Below, piece after piece: positions 18,099 to 29,863 of a stretch of 64,000 nucleotides of DNA. Both the position numbers and the translations under genes were made by a program. The DNA comes from Collinsella aerofaciens. GTDB lineage: Bacteria > Actinomycetota > Coriobacteriia > Coriobacteriales > Coriobacteriaceae. The stretch covers positions 6,810-70,809 of the forward strand of contig RQBM01000202.1 in assembly GCA_008668795.1 (NCBI GenBank), in the 5' to 3' direction. The notes beneath the pieces were generated by a model that had not been told where the DNA came from, ran no database searches, and saw only the letters and a program-made list of their open reading frames with translations. Numbering within the stretch: position 1 is the first letter of the stretch; the number at the start of each line of letters is the position of its first letter.

Positions 18099-19979
18099 AT
18101 GCTCAATAATCACGAGGTCAATCTAACCGACGAGGAGGCTGCCGCTGAGGTCGCCCGTGTCGCGAAGACCTACCCCGTGGTGCGTTTGCTGTCGGCCGAT
18201 CAGATTAAGAACGAGCCTAACTGCCTACTCGCCGGCAATCGGTGTCCTTGCCTGCGTCATTCAAGTCTTGAGGCCTTGACAGATTCCGATGAGGTGTCGG
18301 AGCAACTGCTCAACGATGGCGTTGAGTACCGCGCCTATCTGCGCCCTCTGAAGGTCGAGGGCGAGCCTCACGTCCTGCTGATGGTGCGTCCGATCGATGA
18401 GCAAGAGGCCGCAGAAGAGGACCTTGTCTACACCGACGTGCTGACGAGCGTGCGCAATCGCCGATATTACGAGGAAAAGCTCCGAAGCGCCCGCATGAAT
18501 GCCGGCGTTGCGATGATTGACCTTGATGATTTTAGGGCCTTCAACGATACGTGTGGCCGTCATGCCGGCGACCTTGCACTCGGTGCTGTGGCGACAGCCA
18601 TACGCAGCGGAATTCGTTCGACTGACGAGCTTGTGCGCTATGGCTGCGACAAGTTTGTGGTCGTCATGCCCAATATTCCCTCCGATGACTTCGCCCGTCG
18701 CCTGCATCAGGTATCCGAAGCCGTTCATTCCACGATTATTCCGGGCCATGAGTACGTGAGCTTGACGGCATGTGTTGGTGGCGTTCGCATTCATGGCGAG
18801 ACGGTCGATGAGGGCGTTGGCCGTGCTGTCCAGTTACTGAGCCGCGCTAAGGCAAAAGCCGGTACGGTTGTGACCGATGCCGATTCCATCGAGGCCTTCC
18901 AAAGCGAAAAGCCTTTGGTGCTTATCGCCGATGACTCCGAGATGAACCGAGCTATTCTCAACGAGATGCTCAAGGACGAGTATTGCATCCTCGAGGCCGA
19001 CAACGGTCGTACGGCGCTCGACATGGTCGACCGCTATGGCGATGAGTTATCGCTCGTGCTGCTGGACATTGTCATGCCGGGCATAAGTGGCTTTGAGGTG
19101 CTGGCCGATCTGTCGCGCCGATCGGGTATCGATAATCTGCCTGTCATCATGATTTCGAGCGAAGATTCCGATGATGCGGTTCTGCGCGCGTACGAGCTGG
19201 GCGCCTCGGACCATATCAACCGCCCGTTTGACTCCCGTGTCGTGCGCCGCCGTGTAAGCAACACCATCCGCCTATACGCCAAACAGCGCCGCCTGACGAA
19301 CCTGCTGTCCCAGCAGTACAACGAGCGCGTCAAGAACAGTCGCATGCTCATCGACATCATGGCCGGCGTCATGGAGCTTCGCAACGGCGAGAGCGGCAGG
19401 CACGTTACGAACATCGAAAAGCTGACCGAGCTGCTGCTCGGCTGTCTGGTCCAGCGTAGCGGCGCGATCTCCCTCGACAATGAGGAGCGCTCCACGATTG
19501 CCCTGGCTTCGGCGCTGCACGATATCGGCAAGATGTCGATTGACGATGCGATTCTCAACAAACCCGGACGCCTTACGCCCGAGGAGTTCGAGATTATGAA
19601 GACGCATACCACGATCGGCGCCGACATGTTGCTTGAGCTGGGTAGCCATCACGCCGGCAATGCGCTTATGGAATATGCGTACCAGATTGCGCGTTGGCAT
19701 CACGAGCGCTGGGACGGCAAGGGTTATCCCGATGGCCTTAAGGGCGACGAAATTCCCATTGCCGCACAGGTGGTTTCGGTGGCCGACGTGTACGATGCGC
19801 TGACGAGCGTGCGCGTGTACAAGGATGCCATCCCGCACGAGGAGGCTATCCAGATGATCCTGGACGGTAAGTGCGGTACCTTTAACCCGTTGCTGCTCGA
19901 TTGCCTGCTCGAGGTGCAGGACCAAATTGCCGAGACGTTGGCACGCCCCGCTGACGTCGTCGCGTTTCCCACGATTTAG
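18099..19979 (+). CDS. degenerate GGDEF - REC - HD-GYP hybrid (probable cyclic di-nucleotide phosphodiesterase)
   Basis: DVLTSVRNRR, DLDDFRAFNDTCGRHAGD, RYGCDKF; ADDSEMNR, LLDIVMP; HDIGK, HHERWDGKGYP. Confidence 0.9.
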   Translation: MLNNHEVNLTDEEAAAEVARVAKTYPVVRLLSADQIKNEPNCLLAGNRCPCLRHSSLEALTDSDEVSEQLLNDGVEYRAYLRPLKVEGEPHVLLMVRPIDEQEAAEEDLVYTDVLTSVRNRRYYEEKLRSARMNAGVAMIDLDDFRAFNDTCGRHAGDLALGAVATAIRSGIRSTDELVRYGCDKFVVVMPNIPSDDFARRLHQVSEAVHSTIIPGHEYVSLTACVGGVRIHGETVDEGVGRAVQLLSRAKAKAGTVVTDADSIEAFQSEKPLVLIADDSEMNRAILNEMLKDEYCILEADNGRTALDMVDRYGDELSLVLLDIVMPGISGFEVLADLSRRSGIDNLPVIMISSEDSDDAVLRAYELGASDHINRPFDSRVVRRRVSNTIRLYAKQRRLTNLLSQQYNERVKNSRMLIDIMAGVMELRNGESGRHVTNIEKLTELLLGCLVQRSGAISLDNEERSTIALASALHDIGKMSIDDAILNKPGRLTPEEFEIMKTHTTIGADMLLELGSHHAGNALMEYAYQIARWHHERWDGKGYPDGLKGDEIPIAAQVVSVADVYDALTSVRVYKDAIPHEEAIQMILDGKCGTFNPLLLDCLLEVQDQIAETLARPADVVAFPTI

Positions 19980-20003
19980 TTTGACCAAAGGAGTTTTTAA
20001 CCC

Positions 20004-20360
20004 ATGATTTCCATGCGTGAGGCGTATGAGAAGATCGGCGCTAATTATGATGACGCGTGCGCTCGGCTGATGGGCGAGGAAATGCTTGCCCGCTTTGCCC
20101 TCAAGTTTTTGGATGACGAGAGCATGGACAAGCTGGAGGCTGCCATGGCGGCGGGAGACGCTGAAGGTGCGTTTATGGCAGTGCATACGCTCAAGGGCGT
20201 GAGCCAGAACCTGGGATTCGATAATCTGTACGAGCCGGCGGTTGTGGTGACCGATGCGCTGCGCGGCGCCGATGCCGTTGACGGCGCACGCGAGGGAATG
20301 CATGCACTGCAGCAGCAATATGCGGCTACGATGTCGGCCCTGCGCGAGGCGGCTGAATAA
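20004..20360 (+). CDS. Hpt (histidine phosphotransfer) domain protein
   Basis: AFMAVHTLKGVSQNLG. Confidence 0.9.
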   Translation: MISMREAYEKIGANYDDACARLMGEEMLARFALKFLDDESMDKLEAAMAAGDAEGAFMAVHTLKGVSQNLGFDNLYEPAVVVTDALRGADAVDGAREGMHALQQQYAATMSALREAAE

Positions 20361-20403
20361 GAGCTTGCGAGCCTTGGGCTGTATGCCGGCCGCGTATAGG
20401 CAA

Positions 20404-20444
20404 AAGGGCGCCCCGTCGGACCATGTGGCCGGCGGGGCGCCCTT
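20404..20444. terminator. bidirectional terminator hairpin
   Basis: aagggcgccccgtcgg...ccggcggggcgccctt between convergent genes. Confidence 0.7.
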
Positions 20445-20465
20445 ATCTGTTATGCGGTTCGCGAG

Positions 20466-21275
20466 CTAGCGTGTCTGCTTTACCTTGGCCGCCGCCTCGA
20501 CAAACGACTTCCACAGATTAAAGTCGGTCTCGAGCGTCTTCCACGTGTACTCAGGGTGCCATTGCACGCCCAGGCAGAAAGGCTGGCCTTCGACTTCGAT
20601 GCACTCGGGAACGCCGTCGGTTGCCTTGGCGACCAAGCGCGTGCTTTTACCCAGGCGGTCGACGCAGCAGTGATGTGCCGAGTTGGTCTGGATCAGCCTG
20701 TGCCCGCCAACCGCGCGCTCCAGCAGCGAGCCCGGCACGACCTCGACGGGGTGCACGGGATCGTTGAGCACGTGGGTATGGCGCCACTGCGTGCGGCCCT
20801 CGCGCGCACCCAGGCTCGGCACGTCCATGCACAGGGTGCCGCCGGTGGCGACATTGAGCAGCTGCGTGCCTCGGCAGGTGGTAAAGAGCGGCTTCTTGGC
20901 GCGAAGCACCTCGTTAACCAGCTTAAACTCAAAACGGTCGCGAATCTCGCAGCACAGCGTGGGGTCGTAAGGACGCTCGTCGCCCCAGCGTTTGGGGTTG
21001 ACGTCCGGGCCGCCGGGAACAGCGATACCGTCAGCGATTTCCACGTAATGACGGATAACATCGACGTCTTCGGTAATAGACATCTGTAGCGGCAGGCCAC
21101 CGGCGGCAAGGATGGCATCGACAAAGACACTTGCGATTTCCTCGTTGGGGGAGAGCGTCTCGCTCAAAAACGGTTTTGCCTCTTCCCAACGCGGCGCGAC
21201 GAGGATGAGCGGACGGTCGGCGGGGGCGACGTCGACGTGCGGGGTGTAGGACGATGAAGTGCGAGTTCCGATCAT
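20466..21275 (-). CDS. peptidase C26 / gamma-glutamyl-GABA hydrolase-like glutamine amidotransferase
   Basis: PGGPDVNP, TCRGTQLLNVATGG, NSAHH, GVQWHPE. Confidence 0.9.
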   Translation of the reverse strand: MIGTRTSSSYTPHVDVAPADRPLILVAPRWEEAKPFLSETLSPNEEIASVFVDAILAAGGLPLQMSITEDVDVIRHYVEIADGIAVPGGPDVNPKRWGDERPYDPTLCCEIRDRFEFKLVNEVLRAKKPLFTTCRGTQLLNVATGGTLCMDVPSLGAREGRTQWRHTHVLNDPVHPVEVVPGSLLERAVGGHRLIQTNSAHHCCVDRLGKSTRLVAKATDGVPECIEVEGQPFCLGVQWHPEYTWKTLETDFNLWKSFVEAAAKVKQTR

Positions 21276-21322
21276 AGGTGTAACTTTCGAGTTTGGATGG
21301 GCATGGCGGGCGGGCGGTCTGG

Positions 21323-22087
<765 letters not shown>

Positions 22088-22123
22088 GGTGCTCGGCTCC
22101 TTATGATTCGAAATGGTAAAGCG

Positions 22124-22957
22124 TTAGCGGATGATGGTCGCACCGGTCTTGTGCGAAACGTAGACAGCGGCCTTGTTGATCGCGACGTTGATGAGGATGT
22201 AGATGACCGCGATAACCAGGTAGACCGACACGAGGGCGTCGTAGTTGGTAATGAGCACGCGGGCGTTTTGCATGAGGTCGGGGTAGCTCACCACGTAGGC
22301 GACGGTGGTGTCCTTGACCACGACTACGAGCTGAGAAATCAACGACGGAATGATAAAGCGAATCGCCTGTGGCAGCACGATTTTAAAGGTGATTTTGGCT
22401 TTGGAGAGACCGAGCGCTTGGGCCGCCTCGACCTGGCCGCGCGGCACGGCGTTGACGCCGGCACGGAAGATTTCGGCAAGTACGCCGGCTGCAGCGAGCG
22501 CGACGGGAAGCGTGAGCATCCAAAACGACGGCAGCGCGATCTTGTACTGGGGCAGCACCAAAAAGAAGAAGTAGATGAACAGAAGGCTCGGCACGCCGCG
22601 GAAGAAATCGGTGAGCACGCGGCAGACCAGCTGCAGCGGCTTGATGCCGCTGGTGCGGCCGAGCATAAGGGCTAAGCCCAGTACCAGCGCAATGACGCCG
22701 GCGGTGAGTGCGACTTTAACGGTGCCCTCAAAGCCGGCAAGCAGGAACTTCCAGGTGGTGAGGTGCGTAAAGAAGTACCAATAGTGGACCGAAAGCTGGC
22801 CGGTCACATAAAAGCGCTGTAGTACCAGGACGACGAGTGCGGCGACGGCAACAAGCGAGATGGCGGTGCCGATGCGGATCTTGGCGCGCATCTTGGGGCC
22901 GGGAGCCTCGTAGAGCGCATCGCGCATGGTGAGTGCAGGGGAGGAATGCTTGCTCAT
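22124..22957 (-). CDS. amino acid ABC transporter permease
   Basis: FRGVPSLL, AEIFRAGVNAVPRGQVEAAQALG. Confidence 0.93.
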   Translation of the reverse strand: MSKHSSPALTMRDALYEAPGPKMRAKIRIGTAISLVAVAALVVLVLQRFYVTGQLSVHYWYFFTHLTTWKFLLAGFEGTVKVALTAGVIALVLGLALMLGRTSGIKPLQLVCRVLTDFFRGVPSLLFIYFFFLVLPQYKIALPSFWMLTLPVALAAAGVLAEIFRAGVNAVPRGQVEAAQALGLSKAKITFKIVLPQAIRFIIPSLISQLVVVVKDTTVAYVVSYPDLMQNARVLITNYDALVSVYLVIAVIYILINVAINKAAVYVSHKTGATIIR

Positions 22958-23613
22958 CGGAGAATCCTCACCTTCTTATCGATGTAGTTGCCAATGTGGC
23001 TCACCACAAAAGCCGTGCCCAGGTAGCCGAGCGCCGAGATAAAGAACGCGGCGACGCCACCAAGTGAGCGCGTGTTGATATAGCTCACCACGCCGGTGAG
23101 CTCCTGCGGTTTAAGCGGCACCTGGCTGCCGAGCGCGGTGGTGAGCATGACGGCGATAAAGAGGTTGGTCATGGGCAGCACGCTCGAGCGCAGCGCCTGC
23201 GGAATCACGATCTTGGCGAGGATACGGTTAAAGCTCATGCCGAGCGAACGGGCGGCTTCGACCTGACCGACGCCGACGGTGTTGATGCCGCTCATAAAGT
23301 TCTCGGAGCCAAAGGCCGAGCCCAAGAGGACCGTGGCGACGATAACGCAGGTGCGGTAGGGCAGGACGACCTTGAGCGGCGGCAGCGCGTAGACGACGAT
23401 GATGAGCAGCGCGATGCCGGGGATGTTACGGAAGACCTGGACATACAGGTCGCCAAAGACGCGCAGCGGCTTGAGCGGCGACACGCGCATCACGGTGACG
23501 GCGACGGCCAGCACCATGGCGATGGCAAACGACTCAAGCGTCATGCCCCAGGTTGCGAGCAGCGCGTCGATATAGTTCTGGCCATAGAGCGACCAGAGTT
23601 CGGAGAGACTCAT
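22954..23613 (-). CDS. amino acid ABC transporter permease
   Basis: FRNIP, GQVEAARSLG, IPQALR; 4-nt overlap with the next gene. Confidence 0.93.
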   Translation of the reverse strand: MSLSELWSLYGQNYIDALLATWGMTLESFAIAMVLAVAVTVMRVSPLKPLRVFGDLYVQVFRNIPGIALLIIVVYALPPLKVVLPYRTCVIVATVLLGSAFGSENFMSGINTVGVGQVEAARSLGMSFNRILAKIVIPQALRSSVLPMTNLFIAVMLTTALGSQVPLKPQELTGVVSYINTRSLGGVAAFFISALGYLGTAFVVSHIGNYIDKKVRILR

Positions 23614-23751
23614 GCGGACCTCCCGCCGATAAGGAAAGGGGCTCCCGTGTGTACGGAAGCCCCGACAACTCAGTGAGGAAACAGTTTACCGCAATAAAGC
23701 GCATCATGCGTTTCCGTATGGTTTCGTTGCGGCCGTTACCAGGCTCGCTGC

Positions 23752-24747
23752 CTAGGCGCCGATCTCGGGCAGCTCGGGAACGTTGGTGTCGCCCGTGCGG
23801 TCGCCGATGCAGATCTGCCACAGCTCGGTCCAGGTGCCATCGTCCTCGATCTTCTTAAGGAAGTCGTTGACAAAGGCGACGCCGTCGGAATCGAGCGGCA
23901 GGCCGATGCCATAGGGCTCCTTGCTGCCGAAGGGCTTGCCGGCGATCTTGTACTTACCGGGCTCGCGGACCAGGGCGCTCTGCTGCATGTTGTTATCGAT
24001 GACGTAGGCGTCAACGCGGCCCTGCTGGAGTGCCTGACGAGCCTCCTCGTCGGTCTTGAACTCCTGCTGGCTGGCCTTGGGAGCGAACTCCTCCAGGATG
24101 GCGGGGCCGTTGGAGCCGGACTGGACGGCGACGTTCTTGTCGGCCAGGTCGTCGACGCTCTTGATGTCGTCGTTATCGGCGAGTACCAGGATGGCCTGCT
24201 GGGTGTAGTAGTAGGGACCGGCAAAGGAGACGAGCTTCTTGCGCTCATCGGTAATGGTGTAGGTGGCGAAGACGGCGTCGACCTGGCCGTTCTGCAGGAC
24301 GGACTCACGCGTGTCCGAGGTTACCTGGGTGATCTCGACCTTGTTCTCGCCCAGAATGTAGTTGGACAGGAGCTGTGCGATACCGGCGTCGAAGCCGCGG
24401 GTCTGACCGTCTTTCTCGTTGAGGAGGGAGAAGAGCGTGGAGGTCTGAACGCCACCGATCTTAAAGACGCCGGCGTCCTTGACGGCCGTGGCCCAGGTGC
24501 TGGCGGCGATGGCGTCGTCATCGGCCTTGGGGCCGTTGTCGACGAGCTTGTCGAATGCCTTGGCATCGAGTGTGGTGGAAGCCTCGGTATCACTGGAGCT
24601 CTTGGAAGAGCCGGCGGCGGAACCCTTGTCGGCCTCGGCGCTGGTGTCGGAGCAGCCGGCAAGACCAAGGCCGGCGACGGTTGCGAAAGTGGCGGCAACG
24701 AAGCCGCGACGGTCGAGAACGACCTGCTGGGAGAGGTTCTTGCTCAT
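23752..24747 (-). CDS. glutamate-type ABC transporter substrate-binding lipoprotein (Tat signal)
   Basis: DRRGFV twin-Arg, LAGC lipobox, GFDAGIA, ATYTITDERKKLVSFAGPYY. Confidence 0.92.
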   Translation of the reverse strand: MSKNLSQQVVLDRRGFVAATFATVAGLGLAGCSDTSAEADKGSAAGSSKSSSDTEASTTLDAKAFDKLVDNGPKADDDAIAASTWATAVKDAGVFKIGGVQTSTLFSLLNEKDGQTRGFDAGIAQLLSNYILGENKVEITQVTSDTRESVLQNGQVDAVFATYTITDERKKLVSFAGPYYYTQQAILVLADNDDIKSVDDLADKNVAVQSGSNGPAILEEFAPKASQQEFKTDEEARQALQQGRVDAYVIDNNMQQSALVREPGKYKIAGKPFGSKEPYGIGLPLDSDGVAFVNDFLKKIEDDGTWTELWQICIGDRTGDTNVPELPEIGA

Positions 24748-24862
24748 GGTAGAACACCTTTCTCAATAAAATCCCTAGCGGTTGAGTAGAGTTATACCCT
24801 ATCGCGCTCAAATGGGTCAACACGAAATAACTCAGAAACATACTTACCTTATGGGTTATTGT

Positions 24863-24898
24863 ACCTACCAAAAAGGGACAGGCACCTTTGTGGTGGTT
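24863..24898 (+). repeat. chimeric GGGACAG repeat (A-type left arm, B-type right arm)
   Basis: 24863-24882 = 13721-13740; 24875-24898 = 47792-47815. Confidence 0.85.
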
Positions 24899-24930
24899 CT
24901 TGCAGATGTGGTGGCATGCCTTGCTGCTTT

Positions 24931-25067
24931 GTCTCGATCTGTAACAGGTAGACGAGGAAATGGGTTCTTACTGTTACAGATTGAGATTTTCTCTTCAGGG
25001 GAATTCGAATGTCTCAATCTGTAACAGTTAGACGGGAATTCGGGCTCTAGATGTTACAGATTGAGAT
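24931..25067. repeat. tandem pair (80-bp period) of TCTCAATCTGTAACA inverted-repeat hairpins
   Basis: tctc(g/a)atctgtaaca at 24932 and 25012; tgttacagattgaga at 24972 and 25052. Confidence 0.8.
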
Positions 25068-25085
25068 AATCGCGTCGCGAAAATT

Positions 25086-25122
25086 AAAACCTCCGCAGGG
25101 ATGCTTCCCTTGCGGAGGTTTT
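25086..25122 (-). terminator. intrinsic terminator of dxs
   Basis: aaaacctccgcaggg...ccttgcggaggtttt. Confidence 0.8.
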
Positions 25123-25123
25123 C

Positions 25124-26905
25124 TTACTCGTTGAGTAGCCTTACGGCTTCGGCGGCCATGTTCTCGACCGTCATGCCGTTCTGAGCGAGCAGCTCGTTGG
25201 GGTCGTAGCGGTCGGGGAAGCCCTTGGCGATGCCGAAGGTGCGCGTGCGCACGGGCGTGCAGGCCAGGTAGCACGCCACGCGCTCGCCCCAGCCGCCGTC
25301 CAAGATGCCGTCCTCGAGGGTGACGACGACGCGATGCTCGGCGGCAAGGCTGTCGAGGAACTCGCGGTCGAGCTCGGTTGCGAAGCGCGGGTTGACGAGC
25401 GTGGCTTCGATACCGTACTCGGCGGCCAGGCGGTTTGCCACGCGCTCGCCCAGCTCAAAGAAATCACCGAGTGCGAGCACTGCTACGTCGCGACCCTGGC
25501 GAACCACGTTGTAGTGAACGGCACTGTAGTCGGTGTCTTCGGTGGGCGCAAGGTCGGGACGGCTCACCAGGCCAATGCCGGGCACGCGAATCGCCACAGG
25601 ATGTTCGCGATGGTCGAGCGACCAGTTCAGCATGGACAGATATTCCTCCATGCAGGCCGGCGCTAGGTAGCGCATGTTGGGAAGAGCGCCCAGCATGGAA
25701 ATATCGAAGAACGAGAGGTGCGTCTCGGACGTGGTGCCAAAGATCGAGGCGCCAAACACCAATATGGTTGCGGGGGCATCGTTGAGGCACAGGTCGTGCC
25801 ACAGTTCGTCGTAGGCGCGCTGCAAAAACGTGCCGTACACACCAAAGACTGGCTTGGCGCCCGAGCGCGCAAGTGCGGTGGCAAAGGTCACGGCGTGTTC
25901 CTCGGCAATGCCCACGTCGACAAACTGCTTGCCGGCGGCAGCGCGAAGCTCGGGTGTAAAGCCCATGATGTAGGGCGTGGCGGCCGTGATGCCCACGACC
26001 TGCGGATCGCGCTCGATGGCGGCGCTGAGCGCCTCGCCCGTAATATCGGCATAGGTGCGCGGTGCGGGCTCGCTCGGATGGCCCGGGCAGAGCTTGCGTC
26101 CAGTCGCCATGTCAAACGGACCCACGTGGTGCCAGCGTTCCGGGTCGCTCTGGGCCGGCTTAAAGCCCTTACCCTTGGCGGTGGAGACGTGCAGCACGAT
26201 GGGGTGATCGATATTGCGCAGTTCCTGCAGCGCGTCGACTAGGGCCAACACATCGTTACCGGCGTCCAGGTAGCGGTAGTCGAGCCCCATCGCGCGGAAA
26301 ATGTTGCGCTCACAGGTACCGTTGCTGGCGCGCAGCTCGGCCAGATTGCGATAGAGGCCACCGTGGTTTTCGGCAATGGACTGGTCGTTATCGTTGACGA
26401 TGATGATCAGGTTGCTGTCGAGCTCGGCGGCATTGTTAAAGCCCTCAAACGCCAGGCCGCCCGAAAGCGAACCGTCGCCAATAACGGTAATGACGTTATA
26501 CGTGTCACCCGCCAGGTCGCGCGCGTGGGCAAGGCCGCAGCCCAAGCTCACCGAGGTCGAGGTATGCCCCATGGCAAACAGGTCGTGCTCGGACTCGTCG
26601 GGATTGGCAAAGCCAGAAGCCTCACCATAACGCTCCGGATCGATATAGGTGTACGCGCGCCCAGTCAGCGCCTTGTGGGCGTAGGTCTGGTGCGACACGT
26701 CAAAGACAATTTTGTCGGTGGGGGAGTTAAACACGCGATGGAGCGCGACCGTGAGCTCAACGACGCCCAGGTTGGGGGCAACGTGTCCGCCGACAGCGGC
26801 GGAGCTTTCGAGGATTGCCTGGCGGATCTCGCCGCAGAGCAGCGGAAGCTCGGCGCGATCGAGAGCCTTGACGTCCTCGGGCGTTGTCGTTTGCGTAAGC
26901 AGCAT
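25124..26905 (-). CDS. dxs: 1-deoxy-D-xylulose-5-phosphate synthase
   Basis: GGHVAPNLGVVELTVALH, DVSHQTYAHK, GHTSTS, GDGSLSGG..NDN, DVGIAEEHA, FLQRAYD. Confidence 0.93.
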   Translation of the reverse strand: MLLTQTTTPEDVKALDRAELPLLCGEIRQAILESSAAVGGHVAPNLGVVELTVALHRVFNSPTDKIVFDVSHQTYAHKALTGRAYTYIDPERYGEASGFANPDESEHDLFAMGHTSTSVSLGCGLAHARDLAGDTYNVITVIGDGSLSGGLAFEGFNNAAELDSNLIIIVNDNDQSIAENHGGLYRNLAELRASNGTCERNIFRAMGLDYRYLDAGNDVLALVDALQELRNIDHPIVLHVSTAKGKGFKPAQSDPERWHHVGPFDMATGRKLCPGHPSEPAPRTYADITGEALSAAIERDPQVVGITAATPYIMGFTPELRAAAGKQFVDVGIAEEHAVTFATALARSGAKPVFGVYGTFLQRAYDELWHDLCLNDAPATILVFGASIFGTTSETHLSFFDISMLGALPNMRYLAPACMEEYLSMLNWSLDHREHPVAIRVPGIGLVSRPDLAPTEDTDYSAVHYNVVRQGRDVAVLALGDFFELGERVANRLAAEYGIEATLVNPRFATELDREFLDSLAAEHRVVVTLEDGILDGGWGERVACYLACTPVRTRTFGIAKGFPDRYDPNELLAQNGMTVENMAAEAVRLLNE

Positions 26906-27133
26906 CGTTATGGGTTACTCCATGCGAATCGTGCGCCGGCGCTCCCTCGGCCGGCACAATTGCACAAGACAGTCTCGCACATTTTGGCGTTTGATATGTG
27001 ACGGCGGCGCGGTAATTCGCCAACTGGTGGGGCAAAACGTTTTGTCCGATGCCATACTGGTAGATTCGATGATGATTTTATTCATTGCGTGCAGGCCGCG
27101 GCTTGCCGCCGTGAGCCGCTGGAAGGAGGCAGC

Positions 27134-27670
27134 ATGTCCGATGCCGTTCGTGCCGAGAAAATCGCGCACGAGGTCGACTTTGCTGCCCGTCAGCTGGCCC
27201 AGGCGGGTCGCCTGGACTTGACGCGCGAGTTTATCCAGCATGGTGACGTGACGGTCTATGCACATGTGACTTCGGTAGCGCGGGCGAGCCTGTCCTTTGC
27301 CGAGCGCTTGGGCCGTGCTGGCATTTCGGTCGACCGTGCCTCGTTGCTGCGCGGAGCCTTGCTGCACGACTACTTTCTCTATGACTGGCACGACCCCGAC
27401 CCGAGCCATCGACTGCACGGATTTCGACATCCGTTTTTTGCCCTGGCGCGTGCCGAGGAAGATTTTGAGCTGACGCCGCGAGAGCGGAATATTATCGTGC
27501 GGCATATGTTTCCGCTGGTGCCGGTGCCGCCGACGTGTCGCGAGGCGTGGATTGTTTGTCTGGCGGATAAATGGTGTGCTCTGCGTGAGACGGTCGCCGG
27601 CCGCCTGCCGCGCAAGGACGAGACGGACGATAGCGTGAGTAAAGCATCGAGTGAAAAGAGGAGAGGGTAG
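27134..27670 (+). CDS. HD-domain protein
   Basis: QHGDVTVYAH, LLHDYFLYDW, HGFRHP, HMFP, CLADK; start after GGAGG. Confidence 0.88.
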   Translation: MSDAVRAEKIAHEVDFAARQLAQAGRLDLTREFIQHGDVTVYAHVTSVARASLSFAERLGRAGISVDRASLLRGALLHDYFLYDWHDPDPSHRLHGFRHPFFALARAEEDFELTPRERNIIVRHMFPLVPVPPTCREAWIVCLADKWCALRETVAGRLPRKDETDDSVSKASSEKRRG

Positions 27671-27673
27671 ACG

Positions 27674-28866
<1,193 letters not shown>

Positions 28867-28947
28867 GACAATCTTTCGCCTGACGGGCGTGCCTCTCTTG
28901 GGGCGCGCCCGTTCTCGTCTACAATATCGTGCAGACGAAGGAGAGGC

Positions 28948-29811
28948 ATGCCCATGATCAAGATGTTTGCGAGTGACTTAGACGGAACGCTGCTGAACGC
29001 CCTGCATGAGGCGGATGGGACCATCCGCCGTGCCATTCGCGAGCTGACCGAGGCTGGCTTGCATGTGGTTCCCGCGACCGGACGCTCGACGCTGCCGATC
29101 GGCGAGCATGGCTTTACGGGCCTGGCGCTTGACGCTTGCTGCTCCAATGGGTCCATCGTGCGCAACAGCCATGGCGAAGTGCTCAAGACCTGGACCATCG
29201 ACCCGCAGGTTACCGAGGAGCTGCTCAAGGCGTTCCCGGACATTTGCTTCGACTGCTCCACGCCTGACGGCATGTTCTCGAGCGGATCGTTTGAGATGCA
29301 CCAGGCGGGCTTTAAAAAGGACAGTCCTGTCAAGCGCATCGTGATGCGCGGCATGCGTGCACGTGGCGGCTATCACGAGGAGCAGTATTTCGACCAGTCG
29401 ATCGGTGACATCTTGCGCCACGATGTGTGTAAGATCAACTGTCGCGTAACCTCGCCCGAGCTGGAGCGTGACCTTAAGGCGTATCTTGCCGAGCGCTCCG
29501 ACCGCGTGGTCAACGCGCCGTTCGATCCGGTGATGTTCGAGATCACGGACGTGGCGTGCAACAAGGGCGAGAGCGTGGCCTGGCTGGCGGGCTACTACGG
29601 CATTGCCGAGGATGAGGTCGCGGTTTACGGAGACGGCGGCAACGACATCGCCATGCTCAAACGCTTCCGCCACAGCTACGCGACCAAAAACGCAAGCGAT
29701 GCTGCCAAGGCCGCCGCGAGCGCGACTATCGGCAGCTGCATGGTCCACGCCGTCCCCAAACACATGCTCGCCACCATGCGCAAGCAGAATTCCTGCACCG
29801 TAATCGAATAA
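28948..29811 (+). CDS. Cof-type HAD-IIB hydrolase
   Basis: ASDLDGTLL, ATGR, CSNG, NKGESV, YGDGGNDIAML. Confidence 0.92.
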   Translation: MPMIKMFASDLDGTLLNALHEADGTIRRAIRELTEAGLHVVPATGRSTLPIGEHGFTGLALDACCSNGSIVRNSHGEVLKTWTIDPQVTEELLKAFPDICFDCSTPDGMFSSGSFEMHQAGFKKDSPVKRIVMRGMRARGGYHEEQYFDQSIGDILRHDVCKINCRVTSPELERDLKAYLAERSDRVVNAPFDPVMFEITDVACNKGESVAWLAGYYGIAEDEVAVYGDGGNDIAMLKRFRHSYATKNASDAAKAAASATIGSCMVHAVPKHMLATMRKQNSCTVIE

Positions 29812-29840
29812 TGTGACAAAGGGACAGCCCCTTTGTCACA
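29812..29840 (+). repeat. GGGACAG palindromic repeat, subfamily C (left copy)
   Basis: tgtgacaaagggacagcccctttgtcaca; identical at 30248-30276. Confidence 0.95.
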
Positions 29841-29863
29841 GGTGAAGCTGGTCTCTTGAAATA

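Noticed and set aside
24931..25067. Possible mini CRISPR array
   Set aside because: Only two units, repeats alternate in orientation, spacers are similar to each other, and no cas genes are in the window
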